Part shown: piece by piece, positions 1 to 13,350 of the stretch
Position numbering within the stretch: the first letter of the stretch is position 1
Layout of the letters: every line of letters starts with the position of its first letter
Assembly: GCA_904063045.1 (NCBI GenBank)
Contig: CAJFCJ010000025.1
Span: 248,001-312,000 of the forward strand
DNA: 64,000 nucleotides
Direction: 5' to 3'
Origin: Dimorphilus gyrociliatus
Taxonomy: Eukaryota > Animalia > Annelida
Program-made: the position numbers and the translations under genes
The notes under the pieces: model-generated
The model's database searches: none
Seen by the model: the letters and a program-made list of their open reading frames with translations, nothing else
Told to the model about the DNA's origin: nothing

Positions 1-1440
1 ATTGTCGTCTGAATACCCTGGACGATAATTCGTTGATGACGTCACGCAACAAGCTTTAAGCTCCGAAAATCATTCACCTGATTATTAAACTTTAAATAAA
101 TTCCTTTAGAAAAGCACTGATAGAAGGATAAAATTCTTCTATTAAGAGGCAAAATGACGAAGTTCATCTCCCCTGGAGACTCGACGGAATATGCTAAGTA
201 ATTAAGTCGAGAAGAACACTTTTTACTTTTTCCTTTCTTTTTGAGAAATAGGAGATATTGTACATAAATAATAGATAAAAGAATTTTCCCTTTTCGTACT
301 TCCTTCATGTAAATGGGAATAAAAATACTAGACATTGCCGCACAATTTCTTATGACAAACGACGATTACGGTTTGTCGCCCCGGCAAGGAAACCGAATTA
401 TTTACAAATGTCTTTTTATAAGTGGTACACTGTACTTTGATTAATGGCTATAGTATAATAAGAACAGACAGAAAAAAGTGAACACTTAAGTTGCTCGCAA
501 CGACTTTCTCTTTGTTCTAATCATCGTATAGAAATCGAAAAGTGTAGATGTATGCATTACGTATTAGCATATACATATACTTATAACGTCCATTTTAAAC
601 TACCGAACTAGATTCTTGAATGAATGGTAGTATGTTTATATGTACGTTTGTAAAAAAATCGTTACTTAAGCGCTAATCGGTTTGAAGTAGTTGCGTGCCA
701 TGGTTCGCATCTTAATCGCATAATCGGACCGCAAATTGTCGTTTGTCGCGGGACAGTTGCAGCTGCTATCGTCTCAAAGCCTTATAGAAAAGCTCATAAT
801 ACCAAAAGAAAAAAAATCTACCATATATGCCAGTTATTCAATTCCCAATGCAGAGATCACGAATATAAAGAAATAAACGATTAAGAAAAGCGGAAATGGT
901 TGAAAATGATTTAAATAAGTAATATTAATTGATTTAATTAAATTTTATCATCGTTAAACACAATATTAAAAGGATTAAAAGGTGACAATCAAGAAAATCA
1001 CGTTAATTAATACGTTAAGAAATTAATTAATCTTGAGAGTTCAATGATGCGTCGAGAATGTTCATTAATCGTTTTTAACCGATTAAATAGACAACTAGTT
1101 GACTTTTGCGCTATTGGACAACATAGTCTTACTTAATCTATTATAGTATATCGCCTACAGGTATAAATTTTACTATATAGTATATACTATAGAGTATAGA
1201 CTATGTATTAAATCGGGGGGAGTTTACAAATAAATAACTAAATATATACGCTAATATATATCTATATATATGTCAATAATAAATCAACATATATAATTGA
1301 TGGAATATCTTATTTATTATTCCTGCTCTTTTATTCATGTATTAACTCGGAATAGATAAAATATCAAGTTTTTTGAAAGAGAGTCTGAGATAGGGACGTC
1401 TACAGATTAATGCAGTTGGGTGTGGAAGGCGAAGAGAATG

Positions 1441-1588
1441 CTAGTGAGTGGGTGGAAAAAGAAGAAATGATGGCCGTCTAGATAAAGAATTATAGATTTC
1501 AGTAGGTGTAGAGGGCATATGATGAACATTTATTATCCGAATTCTTTCGGCAGCGCTACCCTGTAAGCTCATCGTGTCAAAGTTCATT
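1441..1588 (-). CDS. Unassigned candidate terminal exon (MNFDTMSLQGSAAERIRIINVHHMPSTPTEIYNSLSRRPSFLLFPPTH*)
   Basis: Pyrimidine-rich acceptor (ctcctatttag), open frame to TAG at 1441, locally raised GC. Its phase 2 matches the exon-like island at 3123-3320. No family recognised. Confidence 0.25.
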
Positions 1589-3122
1589 CTAAATAGGAGA
1601 ATCAGATGTAAAAAAAGAGAAACTCTACGTCTTTCATTACCTAGTTTTGACGTTGATGTTTTCATCGATTATTATGGAAACTTGTCAATAAGATAATAAA
1701 TGAAATATAAAGACAGTAGAGAGAAATTTAGTCCATTTATTTGTAATATGTTTGATAATTTCTATTTGTTTATAGTTATTACATTTTATTTTTAGTAATA
1801 CCTGTGAAAAATTATTACTATCTTTCTCTCTCTCTCTCTCTCGCTCGCTCTTTCTCCCTATCGCACTTTCTCTTATGTCACATATTCTATGAGCTCTTTT
1901 TACCTATTTCGTGACATGATTCGCTTGTTAATGGGATAATCGTATAGTAAATTGCAGTTTGTTGTGGGCGTTAAACATTCAGTCCCAGAAGGACACAAAA
2001 AATATAATAATAATAATAATAATAAGAAATAATAGGCCAAAATGAAAAATTATTACTCCTTTCCCAGGACAAATGTACGCTAATTTTTTTTATGTATTGA
2101 AGCTCAAAACCAACTCGTCTTTATCTGTAATTATATTCCTAATTCATAAGTCAAATAAGCGACCTAAGACTCACTCCATCCTTCTCTCCTTGCCATGGTG
2201 TTATTTCTATTTCTTGTCGTCTCTTCTTCCCCTCTACGTATATAAATGTTTAGATATACAGTATGTATACTCCTTTCCTCTCTCTTTCCTTCTTGTGAAA
2301 TCTTAAACATGAAGACAAATTACTTGCTCATCTTATACCTCTTTTACTTGTGCTACCAATAAATATAGTTTTCTTTCCTACTAGAAAATAGAGTAAATAA
2401 GTGAAAACAAGATAGGTCAAAAGGGGAAAGGATTTCTAGTAACTAAGACGCAGAGTCTTAAAAAGGAAAAAGAAAGCGCCTAAGGATAATTTGTTCCTTT
2501 CCTTTTCTAGATATCGCCTATCGATAACAGAGTTCCATAACTGAGATTAGTACTTGAGGCAGCTCAATGTTCGATTTCAAATATATACTGTATACCCTAA
2601 TATATAATACGACAGTAAAATATGGAATACATTTTATTAGATGGATATTAGATTACTCATTATAGAAGAATAATTAACTATATACATACGTAGAATTAGC
2701 TTTATTCGTATTTGGACCAAAGTAATGTCCCATGTTGAGGACGGAAAAATATGTCTATTAAGCAATAAAACATAAAAACCCACAAAAATTATTATTTCCC
2801 TCCCTCAACAACCGTGCACTTCGTCACGCATTACGCCTCTCAATAGACGCCGGCGTCCATCAACAATCGTCCGTCAGTCGCGATTGAACGCCTATGCCAA
2901 TTAGGCGCGGGCGGTAAAGCGTTACAGGAGCGGCGTGAGGCGAGAATATATTTAATTAGGCTGTAATTGTTTAGTAGTTTGGCTAACGAACATCTTTATA
3001 ACAGTCGTCAGCGTTTATTATTATACTGCTAATTATGCTCGTATTTTGTCCTCTGTGACGTAATGTAACCCTTTTTAGCTTAGCAGATAAAATCGTTTTA
3101 TTAGGTATTTGAATATCTTTAC

Positions 3123-3320
3123 CCATTTCTTATTTTTTTATTTGATAGTCTCCTACCAAAAACGAATCTAGGCATATACCGCATTTGCATTGCAGAGTAT
3201 TGCAGCGGCCGGAGGCCAAGCCCCCTAGTTCTGTTATTGTGAATATCCTGCGGCTTCCCTAGTTGAAAACAGGAATGCCAATACGGCTGATCTAATGTTT
3301 TTATTGCATTCAAGTGGGGT
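3123..3320 (-). CDS. Unassigned candidate internal exon (PHLNAIKTLDQPYWHSCFQLGKPQ...MPRFVFGRRLSNKKIRNG)
   Basis: GC-richer island with acceptor attcag, donor gtaaag and a 198-nt open frame of phase 2-2. No family recognised. Confidence 0.25.
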
Positions 3321-3640
3321 CTGAATAATTGACGTAGGAATGTTAGGCTTTTTCGTCTAGTTATCTATGGTAGGATGAAAATAAACCGAAGGAAGCCGTC
3401 TGGGGAATATCGGGGAAAATTTGTGTCGGAGTAAATTTGCTGAGGGCATCATCTTTGGTCTCTTTTTTTCTCTTTCTCTCTCTTTCTCTCTTCCTTTTTT
3501 TATATAGCAACACTTGTTGAAAGCATTTTGATTATTTATTTGTTTTTTAAAAAAAGAAGTATAGGAAAAAATTCCCAAATGAAAAAGTGTAGAGGCCTTA
3601 AATATTCGATTAGATACCTTCAAGATAAATATGCTCATCT

Positions 3641-3720
3641 AATATATGCATATATACATATATATATATATATATATATTAGTATATATATATACTGTAT
3701 ATATATATATATATATCTAT
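3641..3720. repeat. Interrupted (TA)n microsatellite
   Basis: Direct reading; it generates the spurious IYIY ORFs in the ORF track. Confidence 0.9.
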
Positions 3721-6700
3721 AAAGATAAAAGTAATTAATGTAAGATATAAGATTTCGAATGACTATGATATATTTCATATTATTAAGAAGATAATATTGC
3801 AGTATTCTATCTCTTGTATATATACACTTTTTTTGCCTCAGTCCTTCTTTTTTCCTCTTTCCTATATGCACTCATTTTACGTTATCAGTGTTTGTTGAAA
3901 AAAAAACAACCCAATGTTTGGCCTTCTAAATGGATTTATAAAGTTAAATTCTTATAGGGTTGTAACACTGAGAGTAAAATATTCCATTCTGTTTGTCCCA
4001 TTTTACTATTTTACCCTTTTCTTTCAAAATCACTCTTTTCTTTGTATATTTCTTGCTTTTTCTCCTTTAGACAAGATTAAAATGGTACTTTTATATCATT
4101 TGAGAATATTTTAGCTTTCTCATTAATTATTTTAAAAAAGGGAAAGTAAAGAAAAACAATTTCTGTTAAGATTATTTGTTTCTTTTAATTACTTTCCCTT
4201 ACCCTTTTTTCGCTCTTCAATATTTCTTGACTTTTAAGTCTTTAAAATCTCGAGATTGAATTTGTTTTCTTTTCTTTGTTTGCTTATATTTTCTCTCTTT
4301 TTTTTAGGTCTATTAACATGAACTTATTTGCTTTTTATGATTGATCGGTTTATATTTTCTCTTTCTTTCTTTTCTCTCATGCTCTCTCTTTTCTCTCTCT
4401 CTCTCTCTTGTGTAGGTTTAAAAAGAGAAATAGAAAGGAAATGATAATTTTCTTCATCGTGTCGATTAAATAATTTTTTACTTTTTTAAATTAGAAATAG
4501 TGAAAATGTTAATTTTTTTCTTTTGATAATTAGGGCTTTTATTGTAACGTTATTAGGGTTTCAAATAGATCACCAGGGGTCTTATTGTCTGCAGAACGAA
4601 TTATGCCTAATTGACTATTGGAAAAAAGCTGTATTTCCCAACAATATACTTATAGATTTCGGGGTCATGCATCTACTCTGAAAAGGACATAGGAAAATAA
4701 AGAGAGAATCGGAAATACTACCTGTAAGGTTCAGGTGTATTTTTTAAAGGAAATTCTAGACATCAACATCGTACTGAATTGCTCTAGTCAGCCGCTAAAA
4801 GCCGCTAAATAGTTAAATGTTAGCAGCAATCAGGATTAAGAGGAATTTCCGGAAATATCGTAACCAGTATCCATAAATAATAAAAAGCCGTAATAGCTCA
4901 AAAAATCAAACAATAAGTAAACCTTATAATTGTAATTATAGACATAAAAAAATGGAAATTAATAATAATTAAAGATTAACAATACCCATTATCGGTTGGA
5001 AATGAGAAAACCTGGTAAAGGTTGGTTAACTTCACTTGAATGTGGGATAATTATTAAAATTGGGAACAAAACAAAAAGAAAAAAGGAAAAAGTCAATGAA
5101 AGTCTTTTTTTTTAAAAAAACAAAACAACTAAAAGCTTTTTTAGTTTTATTTTAATATTAATATTTATATAATTCTTAGAAAGAACATGGTTCGAAAACA
5201 AAAAGGTACTAAAAATGTAGCACGAAAATTATGTCAATTAAATAGAATTCTTTATTATCGTTTTAATAAATTTCTACGAATTTATTTCAATAGAGATATT
5301 TGACCTATAAAATAAAATAAAAAAAACGAAATAGGGTTACAAAAATTACGTTCTATTTAGAAATTTATGAAATTAATATCGCGCCAAGCTTACTAATCTA
5401 GACCGCCTTTTTCAAATTACCTACTCGCCAATGCTGATCACGAAATTCGAGTTTCGGCTTCGATTTAGCGAGTAACTCTCTCCTATTCTCCCTTTCTCTC
5501 TTTCTCATTTTCCTTTACCCCCTCATTCATTCTGTCTTGCACTCATTTTCTCTCTCTTATTCCCCCATTCCGCACAGGAATTTCTAGGCGGCTCGAGTTC
5601 ATGAACTTTAGCAGTCGTTGATTGATCAGTGCCTAATCGAATGAAAATTATTTACGCGATTATAAGCTTCCGGTAGAGGTAAAATAGCATTTTAGAGAAT
5701 AATTTGAGTAAAGTGAGATGGGAAAGGTAGTCCTTTGTTTCAAGAGGGGTAAAAATCAAGTAATACAATACAACCTTTTTACCCAGACAACTACTAATTG
5801 ATTTCTTGGTCTCTTTGGCTTACCTTTCAATAAGATTGTTAAGAGATCCAATAGCTTATCTCCTGAATTCTTTCTGTATGATATATAAAGAGGATGTGCT
5901 ATTAATCAACGCTGTTTCAATTAAGAGTTATGTCATTTTGTCAGACTTGTTGGTATTTATTTAGTTGGGTTCCTGCAGGAGGGAGAGGAAGAACGAGAAT
6001 CTGTTAAAAGTTAGGTGTTCTTTCTTTTACATATTTTCTCTCTCTCTCTCTCTCTCTATTCTAAACCACATGAATGCACATTTATAGTTGAATAGAAAGT
6101 AGAAGATTAATAGGAGATAGGGAGTTATTCAATACCCTGTTAAAATTTACAAGGATACCGGATGAACAAAGGGAATAATACAAGGAAGATGATTGTTTAA
6201 GGAAAAGGAGGGGACATTGTGAAACTATAGAAAAATTTATGAATTTTTTAAAAGGAAACTTTTTGTACCCCTTAATAATTAATCTTAATATAACACAAAT
6301 TAATTGTTACGAGACTAAACAATTATCCCTTAAATACGAACGAATATAATATACACAAACCTTTAATAATGTAATCATAACTTTTTTATTATTAAAACTA
6401 TTACCAATTTTCTATTTCTCTTTTACTTTATCTCGTTCTTTCTTTAAATACAAAAGTAAAAGATTATTAAACTATCAAACATTCTATAAACCACTTTGAT
6501 AAAAAAATTTTTTGCCAATTTGTAATAGAATGTGAGAAAAATGGATAGTATAAAATAAAAGGTACTTTTTCGAAGCGTTAATGATCCTCTCTCTCTGTCT
6601 GTCTCTCACACACAATCACTCGATTCTGACTATACATATATACATTTTATTAATCTATAAAGAGATTATATTGTATTCTGTTGATTATATAGGTTTTGGT

Positions 6701-6893
6701 CAACAGCCGACTTTTTTTTCTAAATAAAGAGTAATATAAATAGTCTATGAATTTAGTAATGGACCTCTCAACTATTGATGTAATACTGCTGTACTTTAGT
6801 AAAAAAAAGAAAAAAAACCGTATAATCACGCAATACGTTTTCAATGAATCACACGTGATCCAGCTAAGTAATTGACTGGTAACTTAACTTGAA

Positions 6894-6894
<1 letters not shown>

Positions 6895-6925
<31 letters not shown>

Positions 6926-6960
6926 TTATATATATATATATACTTACTATATATATATAT
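6895..6960. repeat. Compound (CT)n/(TA)n microsatellite
   Basis: Direct reading. Confidence 0.85.
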
Positions 6961-8709
6961 TTATATAATTATATATTTGTAACGGTAATATATTCTATTT
7001 TTAGAAAAAAGTCCTTTCTAAATAATAATAATAAAAAACAACTGGAATGTTGTATTATATAAAATATAATAGAGAGAAAAGTGGGCGGGGTAAAAGCATA
7101 TAGGTAGATACCTTAAAATATTCATAATTATATATTAAATCAAGTGGACAAAATAAGATTGAAGCAATTAGGAATACTTTCATAGTTATAATAAAGGAAA
7201 CTATGTAGTTGCCATAATATGTTATGGAATTTTCTCGTTTCGGATTTTCCATACAGATTAAACTCTGACCATTATTGTCCTCTTAATGTGACAAAATCCG
7301 GATATGAAGAAGATAGAGATTTATTTAATAGAAATGTCATTTTATTGTTAGTATCTTCCGTCCTGTTGTTAGTAACAATAACAGTAATAAAAACAGAAGC
7401 AAATTCTTTTTATCACGTGGCCATTATATGGTTGGTTTTCATTTCTTACGAAATAAGATGTATCTTTACGTTACCTTTTCTTACGAATGCTGGAGTTTAT
7501 ATTAATAAGTTTGCTCAAGTTACAAATTAGCTTTTCATAAATCTAAGAAGGCAGAGTAGGTGAAAAAAAAGATGAACTAGCTTTGGGGCTATGTCGACTC
7601 TTCTCCGCAGTATGTCAATCACTAGGCGAAAGAAACTAGGAAAGATTATGTAGGAAAGAAATATAATAGTACTTGTATATGGTAGAGAGAAAGAGAAGAG
7701 GTAGAAGAAGATTCTATATTTGATCTAGACGAAGACGAATACAGGAGGGAAAAAATCAAAGGAGAAAGCCTCTTTAAGACCATGGCTTTCTGTTACGTAT
7801 GTCGCACATTTACCGTGAAAAATATATATAAAAAGCTGTAAAAATAGAAAAGTTTTTCGACTTACTTCTTGTTATTGCAATCTCATGTAAGATAAAGAGT
7901 ATCAAAGAAATGAACCTTTTGATGGTGAAATTTCATAGGCCTATCAATAATTCGAAAGCTTGGAAGCCGTATCTAAAATAAGAAGATGGGGAGGGGGGAG
8001 AGAGAAAGAGTCGGTCTTTTTTTATTATTATTTAAAACCTAAAACAAGAAAGAAAGGAAGAAAGAGATGATAAAATACCATATACAGTATATATATATAT
8101 ATATAGGCTTAATTATTACCATTGGAGTAGATTTATTAATAAAAGACCAATAAATATGTATATAAGGTTTTAGAATTTGAAAAGTTGATTTATTTTATTC
8201 ATGAATCTATATTTATTCTTAGTTTTGACTAAGAATGTGAGAGAAACTAATTTTATACTATATATATATATATATATTAATGTAGTCTACTATCTGGGCT
8301 GGGATAGTTTGAGCGAAAGGAAATAAGGACAAATGAGGAAAAGCTTTTGTAACAGATACGTAAAAACGATTATCTATAATTGTATGAAAGATAACGGTCA
8401 TCTAATAAGATAGAAAGATGGTCAGGAAACAATATCAATGGGAAAAGGCGAAGGAGAACAGATTTTTTTCTATTTAATGGTAAACTATTAATTTAATCAT
8501 AAATGAAAGATTATGGGGAAACGTGTCTGTGTTTTTTAAATATATTCTCCGGAAACGGAAAGTCGAAGCAAAAATGTTATAAAGAGTCTTGTTTCACTTT
8601 GGATATATAATAAGCGAATTCGATACAAGAAGTAGAACACTTATCGATCGTCTCATCCCTGATTTTCCCAAACACTCCGGGCAGTCGGCGAATTTCGGTC
8701 AATAATCCA

Positions 8710-10322
8710 CTATTTCGTAAATCGAACGTCCTTGACTGTAATCATGTAGAAGACGCAATCTCCGACGTGCTTGAAACACGATAATAGAGCGATGACAGTA
8801 GCGATAATAGCTACTATGTTTGGTCCATAAAAATTAGATTTGAAATTTCCAAATCGGCAGTTACTAAATTCAGTAGTTTGTATTTCCGGTAGATTTTCCG
8901 CTTGCTTAAGATCAACAGTAAATTTTTGTGGTAAACGACCCATCTTCAGATGGCAACTCTTGGCGATTTCCTCTTCGAAACGACCATAGGACGTCACCTT
9001 TCCTGGGGCCTTTGTCCAATTTACTCTCTCATCGTCCCAGATCTATACCATTTGGTTTGGGTCACGATTTCTTACTTAAGGTTTTACACACATTTAACCC
9101 TATAGTTATTTTTTACTTTTATCTAGGCTTAGAATTGTTGACCCTAAGGTCAACTTCGGATAAAGAATTAAACTAAAATTGAATATAGATTTAATTATAA
9201 TTATAACCCATTTCTTCAAATGGTAACCCATACTATTTCCGGCTCGATTCTACCATAAAAACGGATACTGCATTCATATACAGAAATTTTTTGACGCTTA
9301 GAGACGCTACAGTAAATTCGATTTAAGACGGTTGTATACTGAACTATACTAGAATTGTCCCTTTCGCAAAGTAAAGTTAATCCATGTTTTTCTGTTAAAG
9401 TATTTGTATTGGATAATCTTATAAAAATGTAATATTTATACAGTAAAGTTAGTATTTAAAAAAAAAAGGCAAAGAGATAGAGGAAACCTAAAAGGAAGTG
9501 AGAAGGGATGAAGGAATGCGAAAAAGATAAAAAAAAAAATTTAGTATTCATCCCTGAAGGTATGAAAACTTACTATACGAATTTTGAATATTTGCTCAGT
9601 TGCAGATTTTTTTTCAATTGTCTTTCAATATCTAGTATTTGAATATTTTAATCAATAAATCTTCTTTGCTATATGCTTTTTTGTGCAATTTTTTTTTGTA
9701 AGTTGCTATGACAACTTCTGAAGTAAATATATTAACAGCGAATTTTTGAATAGATGATATTAATTCTATTTATAAAATAGGACGGTAAATTAATTAAGTT
9801 CTATTTGTTAAAAATATATGCTATATACTATAATATATGTATATAGTATATATATCCTCCTTCTTTATTTATTCACATCTCATTCTCATCCATCCCTATA
9901 CCTCTTTTATCGTATTCCTCTAACTCTTCTTTTTTTTTTCCCCTCTCTCTCTCTCCGTCTTGTTGATTTAAGAAAATTGACGCCCCGCTCAAAAAAGTGA
10001 CGCTCGCTCTATTTAATTTACATAAAATTATTGGTGTTACGCAATACAAACGTTTTAACGGTTCGGTAGTTGTTAGTTTATATAATTGTTTGTCATCCTT
10101 TAGTTTATCGACGGAAATTTTATTGAAAAGACTTTTGTAACGTTTTTCAATTTTATTTTCAAAGCTTATTCGAATTTTTTTATTCGTTCTATTAATTTCA
10201 AAAAAAGATACATTCCTTCCTTTACAAGTATAAGTTATACTGGAGTCTCCTAAAAACGCTACGACGTTGGTAAAATCATCGAAGGCGTCTATAATACGAA
10301 TTAAGTAGAATACGTACAACAT
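8710..10322 (-). CDS. Candidate divergent Ig-superfamily membrane protein (exon structure unresolved)
   Basis: ORF 10322-9873 reads as a signal-like MLYVFYLIRIIDA followed by VVAFLGDSSITYTC...LYC, two Cys about 60 aa apart as in an Ig fold. The island at 9395-9222 gives YECSIRFYGRIEPEIVW (Ig B/C-strand-like). The ORF 9042-8710 ends with a hydrophobic stretch NIVAIIATVIALLSCF. I could not build a clean phase-consistent join. Confidence 0.3.
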
Positions 10323-10533
10323 CAAACCTGAAACCGTCGCCGAATTAAATTTCCTGTTTTGGCGTCATTGGGATTATAATTCAAATCGATCGTGACGATC
10401 GTCTATGTTTGAATAAAAAGTCATGCTTATCTATAATAGGCCTATGTAGTTTATAAATAAATAGAATTCAAATCGGATTGAAAAAGATGGGAGATTGTAT
10501 CAAATTTTTAATATTATTATATGAGGATAGATT

Positions 10534-10564
<31 letters not shown>
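10534..10564. repeat. (GA)n microsatellite
   Basis: Direct reading. Confidence 0.85.
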
Positions 10565-10566
<2 letters not shown>

Positions 10567-12015
10567 TGGAGTAAAGGAAAATAGAAGATAGTATATTATG
10601 ATTTATTCAAAATATTTCACCAGATCAAAAGATACTTGAATTCAATATAAAATTTACTATAAAGAATATAAACATGAGAGATTTTATTCATTCATATTCT
10701 TATTTAACAGTTGATAATAGCAAAGAACAATAAGAAATATGTTTTACTTTAATAGGCCTAAAACCAATTATTAAATGTATATCCTAGATAAGACGTTGAC
10801 ATGTTTGTAACCTTTAAATAAGGAATAAGAGTTTAAAGACGATTAAGTTTTCCACTAATTTAAGAAAAAGAGAATTAGTTAAAGGGGTTTTTTTCTTCTC
10901 TTTCATTGTTCTTTGGTTAAGTATTTTTTTATTTATCACTTTACTATTGCGGTTGTCTGGAGAAACGAGATTACAGTTAGACGACTTTATCAGGAAATTA
11001 AACGCTATAAGTAGACGTCCGTAACATTTCCATTGGTTTTTTCCAATATCGAACGCCAATTTGCCTAATGAAAATAAAAAAATACTCAGTAGAATCCTTT
11101 AACGTGTAATTTTCTAATGAAGCAGTCGATAAGGATTGAATTTACTGGAAGTTGGGCGTCGCTAGTCTAAATTCCCTACTTTTTTTGAAGACGTACATAC
11201 ATCAAATTGGTTGCTTTCTATAAATAGTATACAGGGTATAGATCTGTAATACACATAAATGCATCTATATATGTACACAGATACACTTATATTAAGTGGG
11301 GAGTACTCGATGTGAATAAAAAATAGTATGAGGGATAAGTAGAGACTACCGTCAAGGCGTTTGATTTCCCACGGAGTAGTTTGTTGCGACGCTTTTCAAC
11401 AAGCCCCTCGACACCTTTTCTTTTTCATATGGTCTTTCCTTAAAACGACGCCTGATCGAGTTCCGACTCGTCACAAACGCTTCGTTTCGTTTCTGTCTCT
11501 TAGGATACAACTGTCTTGAATCCCTTGATGCTTGATGTAGTTTCTCCTTTACAAATTTTTGTTCCTACTCACCGTCTTTAGTCTTCTTTATCTTTTCAAG
11601 GTCCTCTGTTTTCTTTCCCTTCCCGGCAATTTCTCTTTCCTTGTATCTCTTTAAAAATTAATCATTCTCTCGTCAATAACAATAACTTATTAAAGATAGA
11701 ATGCTAAATATACATAATAATACTACTTACTAACTGAGAGTCAAGAAATGAGGTCATTTCAATAAAACATGAAGATTTTTCTACAGAAGACAAGATATAA
11801 AAGAATATTTAGTAAATAACCTAAAAAAAGAAATGAAACTATAATTTCAAAATAGTAGTTAAGTTATTAAGTTTTCACTTTATTTACTTAATTTAATTTA
11901 TCACTGGTTTATAATCTAAAATACATGTAATATTAGAATAAACAAGTATAGTCCATTATAACAATATTTAACTTATTATGTATAATAAATATAACGTAAA
12001 GTACATACTGTATCT

Positions 12016-12018
<3 letters not shown>

Positions 12019-12050
<32 letters not shown>
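12019..12050. repeat. Perfect (TA)n microsatellite
   Basis: Direct reading. Confidence 0.95.
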
Positions 12051-12056
<6 letters not shown>

Positions 12057-12242
12057 TAATACATAAATAGCAAATTAACACTATACCTGTTTAGAATACT
12101 ATAAAATTTATAGAAAAATTATCTTGTTTACTCTTACCAGTTTTATTAATTAATAAAAAAGTTCTTATTGATTTTCTCGTAAAACTTTTGCGATCATACC
12201 TTTAAAGGTATTGAACTAATTAATAGTTGCATTTTTTAAGCC

Positions 12243-12258
12243 GATAGATGGCGATAGC
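12243..12258 (+). promoter_or_regulatory. CTCF-like motif (gatagatggcgatagc)
   Basis: AGATGGCG core matching the CCASYAGRKGGCRS consensus core. Confidence 0.35.
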
Positions 12259-12687
12259 ATTTTGAATGATCAAGTTACAAACTGATCCAAACGTCCCCAT
12301 CTGTCGGTGGAAAGCTTATTCATAAAGGTTGTGTTTGTAAACTGGATTATTTTATCGTAAAGGGTATCCGTTCTACTCTATATAAGATATGCCTATGAAA
12401 ATTTAAGTGCAGAAGAAGGAATCTAGTAAGATTCTAAGGGGAAAACTCATTAGATATTTATAAGAATTTATGAGTAAAAATTGAAAAAATACAATATTTG
12501 AGCTATAAATTACGTATAAAATGCCGTAAAGGTCACCAGCTAAGGTTTACGATTAAATTATATATAAATCCAAGCAAATTAGACTTGACTTTTATTCTCT
12601 TCATTATTTGATTATCGCACTTGTTTAAAAAACCAACCGTCGAACAAATCGAATTTATAAACTCCATCCGGATTGAAAATTGAAACC

Positions 12688-12701
12688 CCATAGATGGCGT
12701 T
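12688..12701 (+). promoter_or_regulatory. CTCF-like motif (ccatagatggcgtt)
   Basis: TAGATGGCG core. Confidence 0.4.
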
Positions 12702-13261
12702 CGTCAAACCTTATACCCCTTCCTTCCTTCCTTCCTTCCTTCTTTACACCTTTCGTTCTGCTCGCATCTGTCTTTTTTCCCATCTAACCAAGACAATTGG
12801 AAAACTAACTTTTTGGGAAATGAAACGTCAATGAGAACAAGAGAAAGAATAACTTTTATTCCTAGCCGCAGCTGGTTAATCTTGACTTAGACTGTAGTAA
12901 AATTTTCTAATCCAAGAAAAGGCGGAGTGCCAAGGCAGAATGTCAAGCTTCATTTGTACGTGCGTCATTTTATTTGTCTGTTTCACTAATTAGGGCGGTC
13001 GTTAGTGGCGTTTTAAAGCATATAAATAGCGACTAAATATCAGTCGTATTCCCTTTCCTTCTTTACTAGTCTTCTGAAAGCAAGGCACCCTTTTCATTTT
13101 CTTACAAGTCTTCAGTTTAAATAAGCTATTAACCTTAGCAAGATGATATATTAAATATTGTTTGCTATATTTAAAAATACTCTACTTTACTCTTATTCTC
13201 GAACTAAATCCGCTTCTTGGTCTCGCCTTCTCTCACTCCCCCCCTTACATTCTCACCCACG

Positions 13262-13289
13262 TCTCTCTTTCTCTCTGTTAGTCTCTGTC

Positions 13290-13322
<33 letters not shown>

Positions 13323-13350
13323 GTCTCTCATTCTCTCTTACTCTCTCTTC
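13262..13350. repeat. (CT)n/(CTGT)n polypyrimidine repeat
   Basis: Direct reading; source of the SLSL/VCLS ORFs. Confidence 0.85.

Noticed and set aside
3357-3871. ORFs rich in IY, ER or SL repeats (also 13158-13514, 28433-28804, 33252-33558, 36934-37305, 38453-38656)
   Set aside because: They are translations of (TA)n, (GA)n, (CT)n and (CA)n microsatellites, which lack stop codons.
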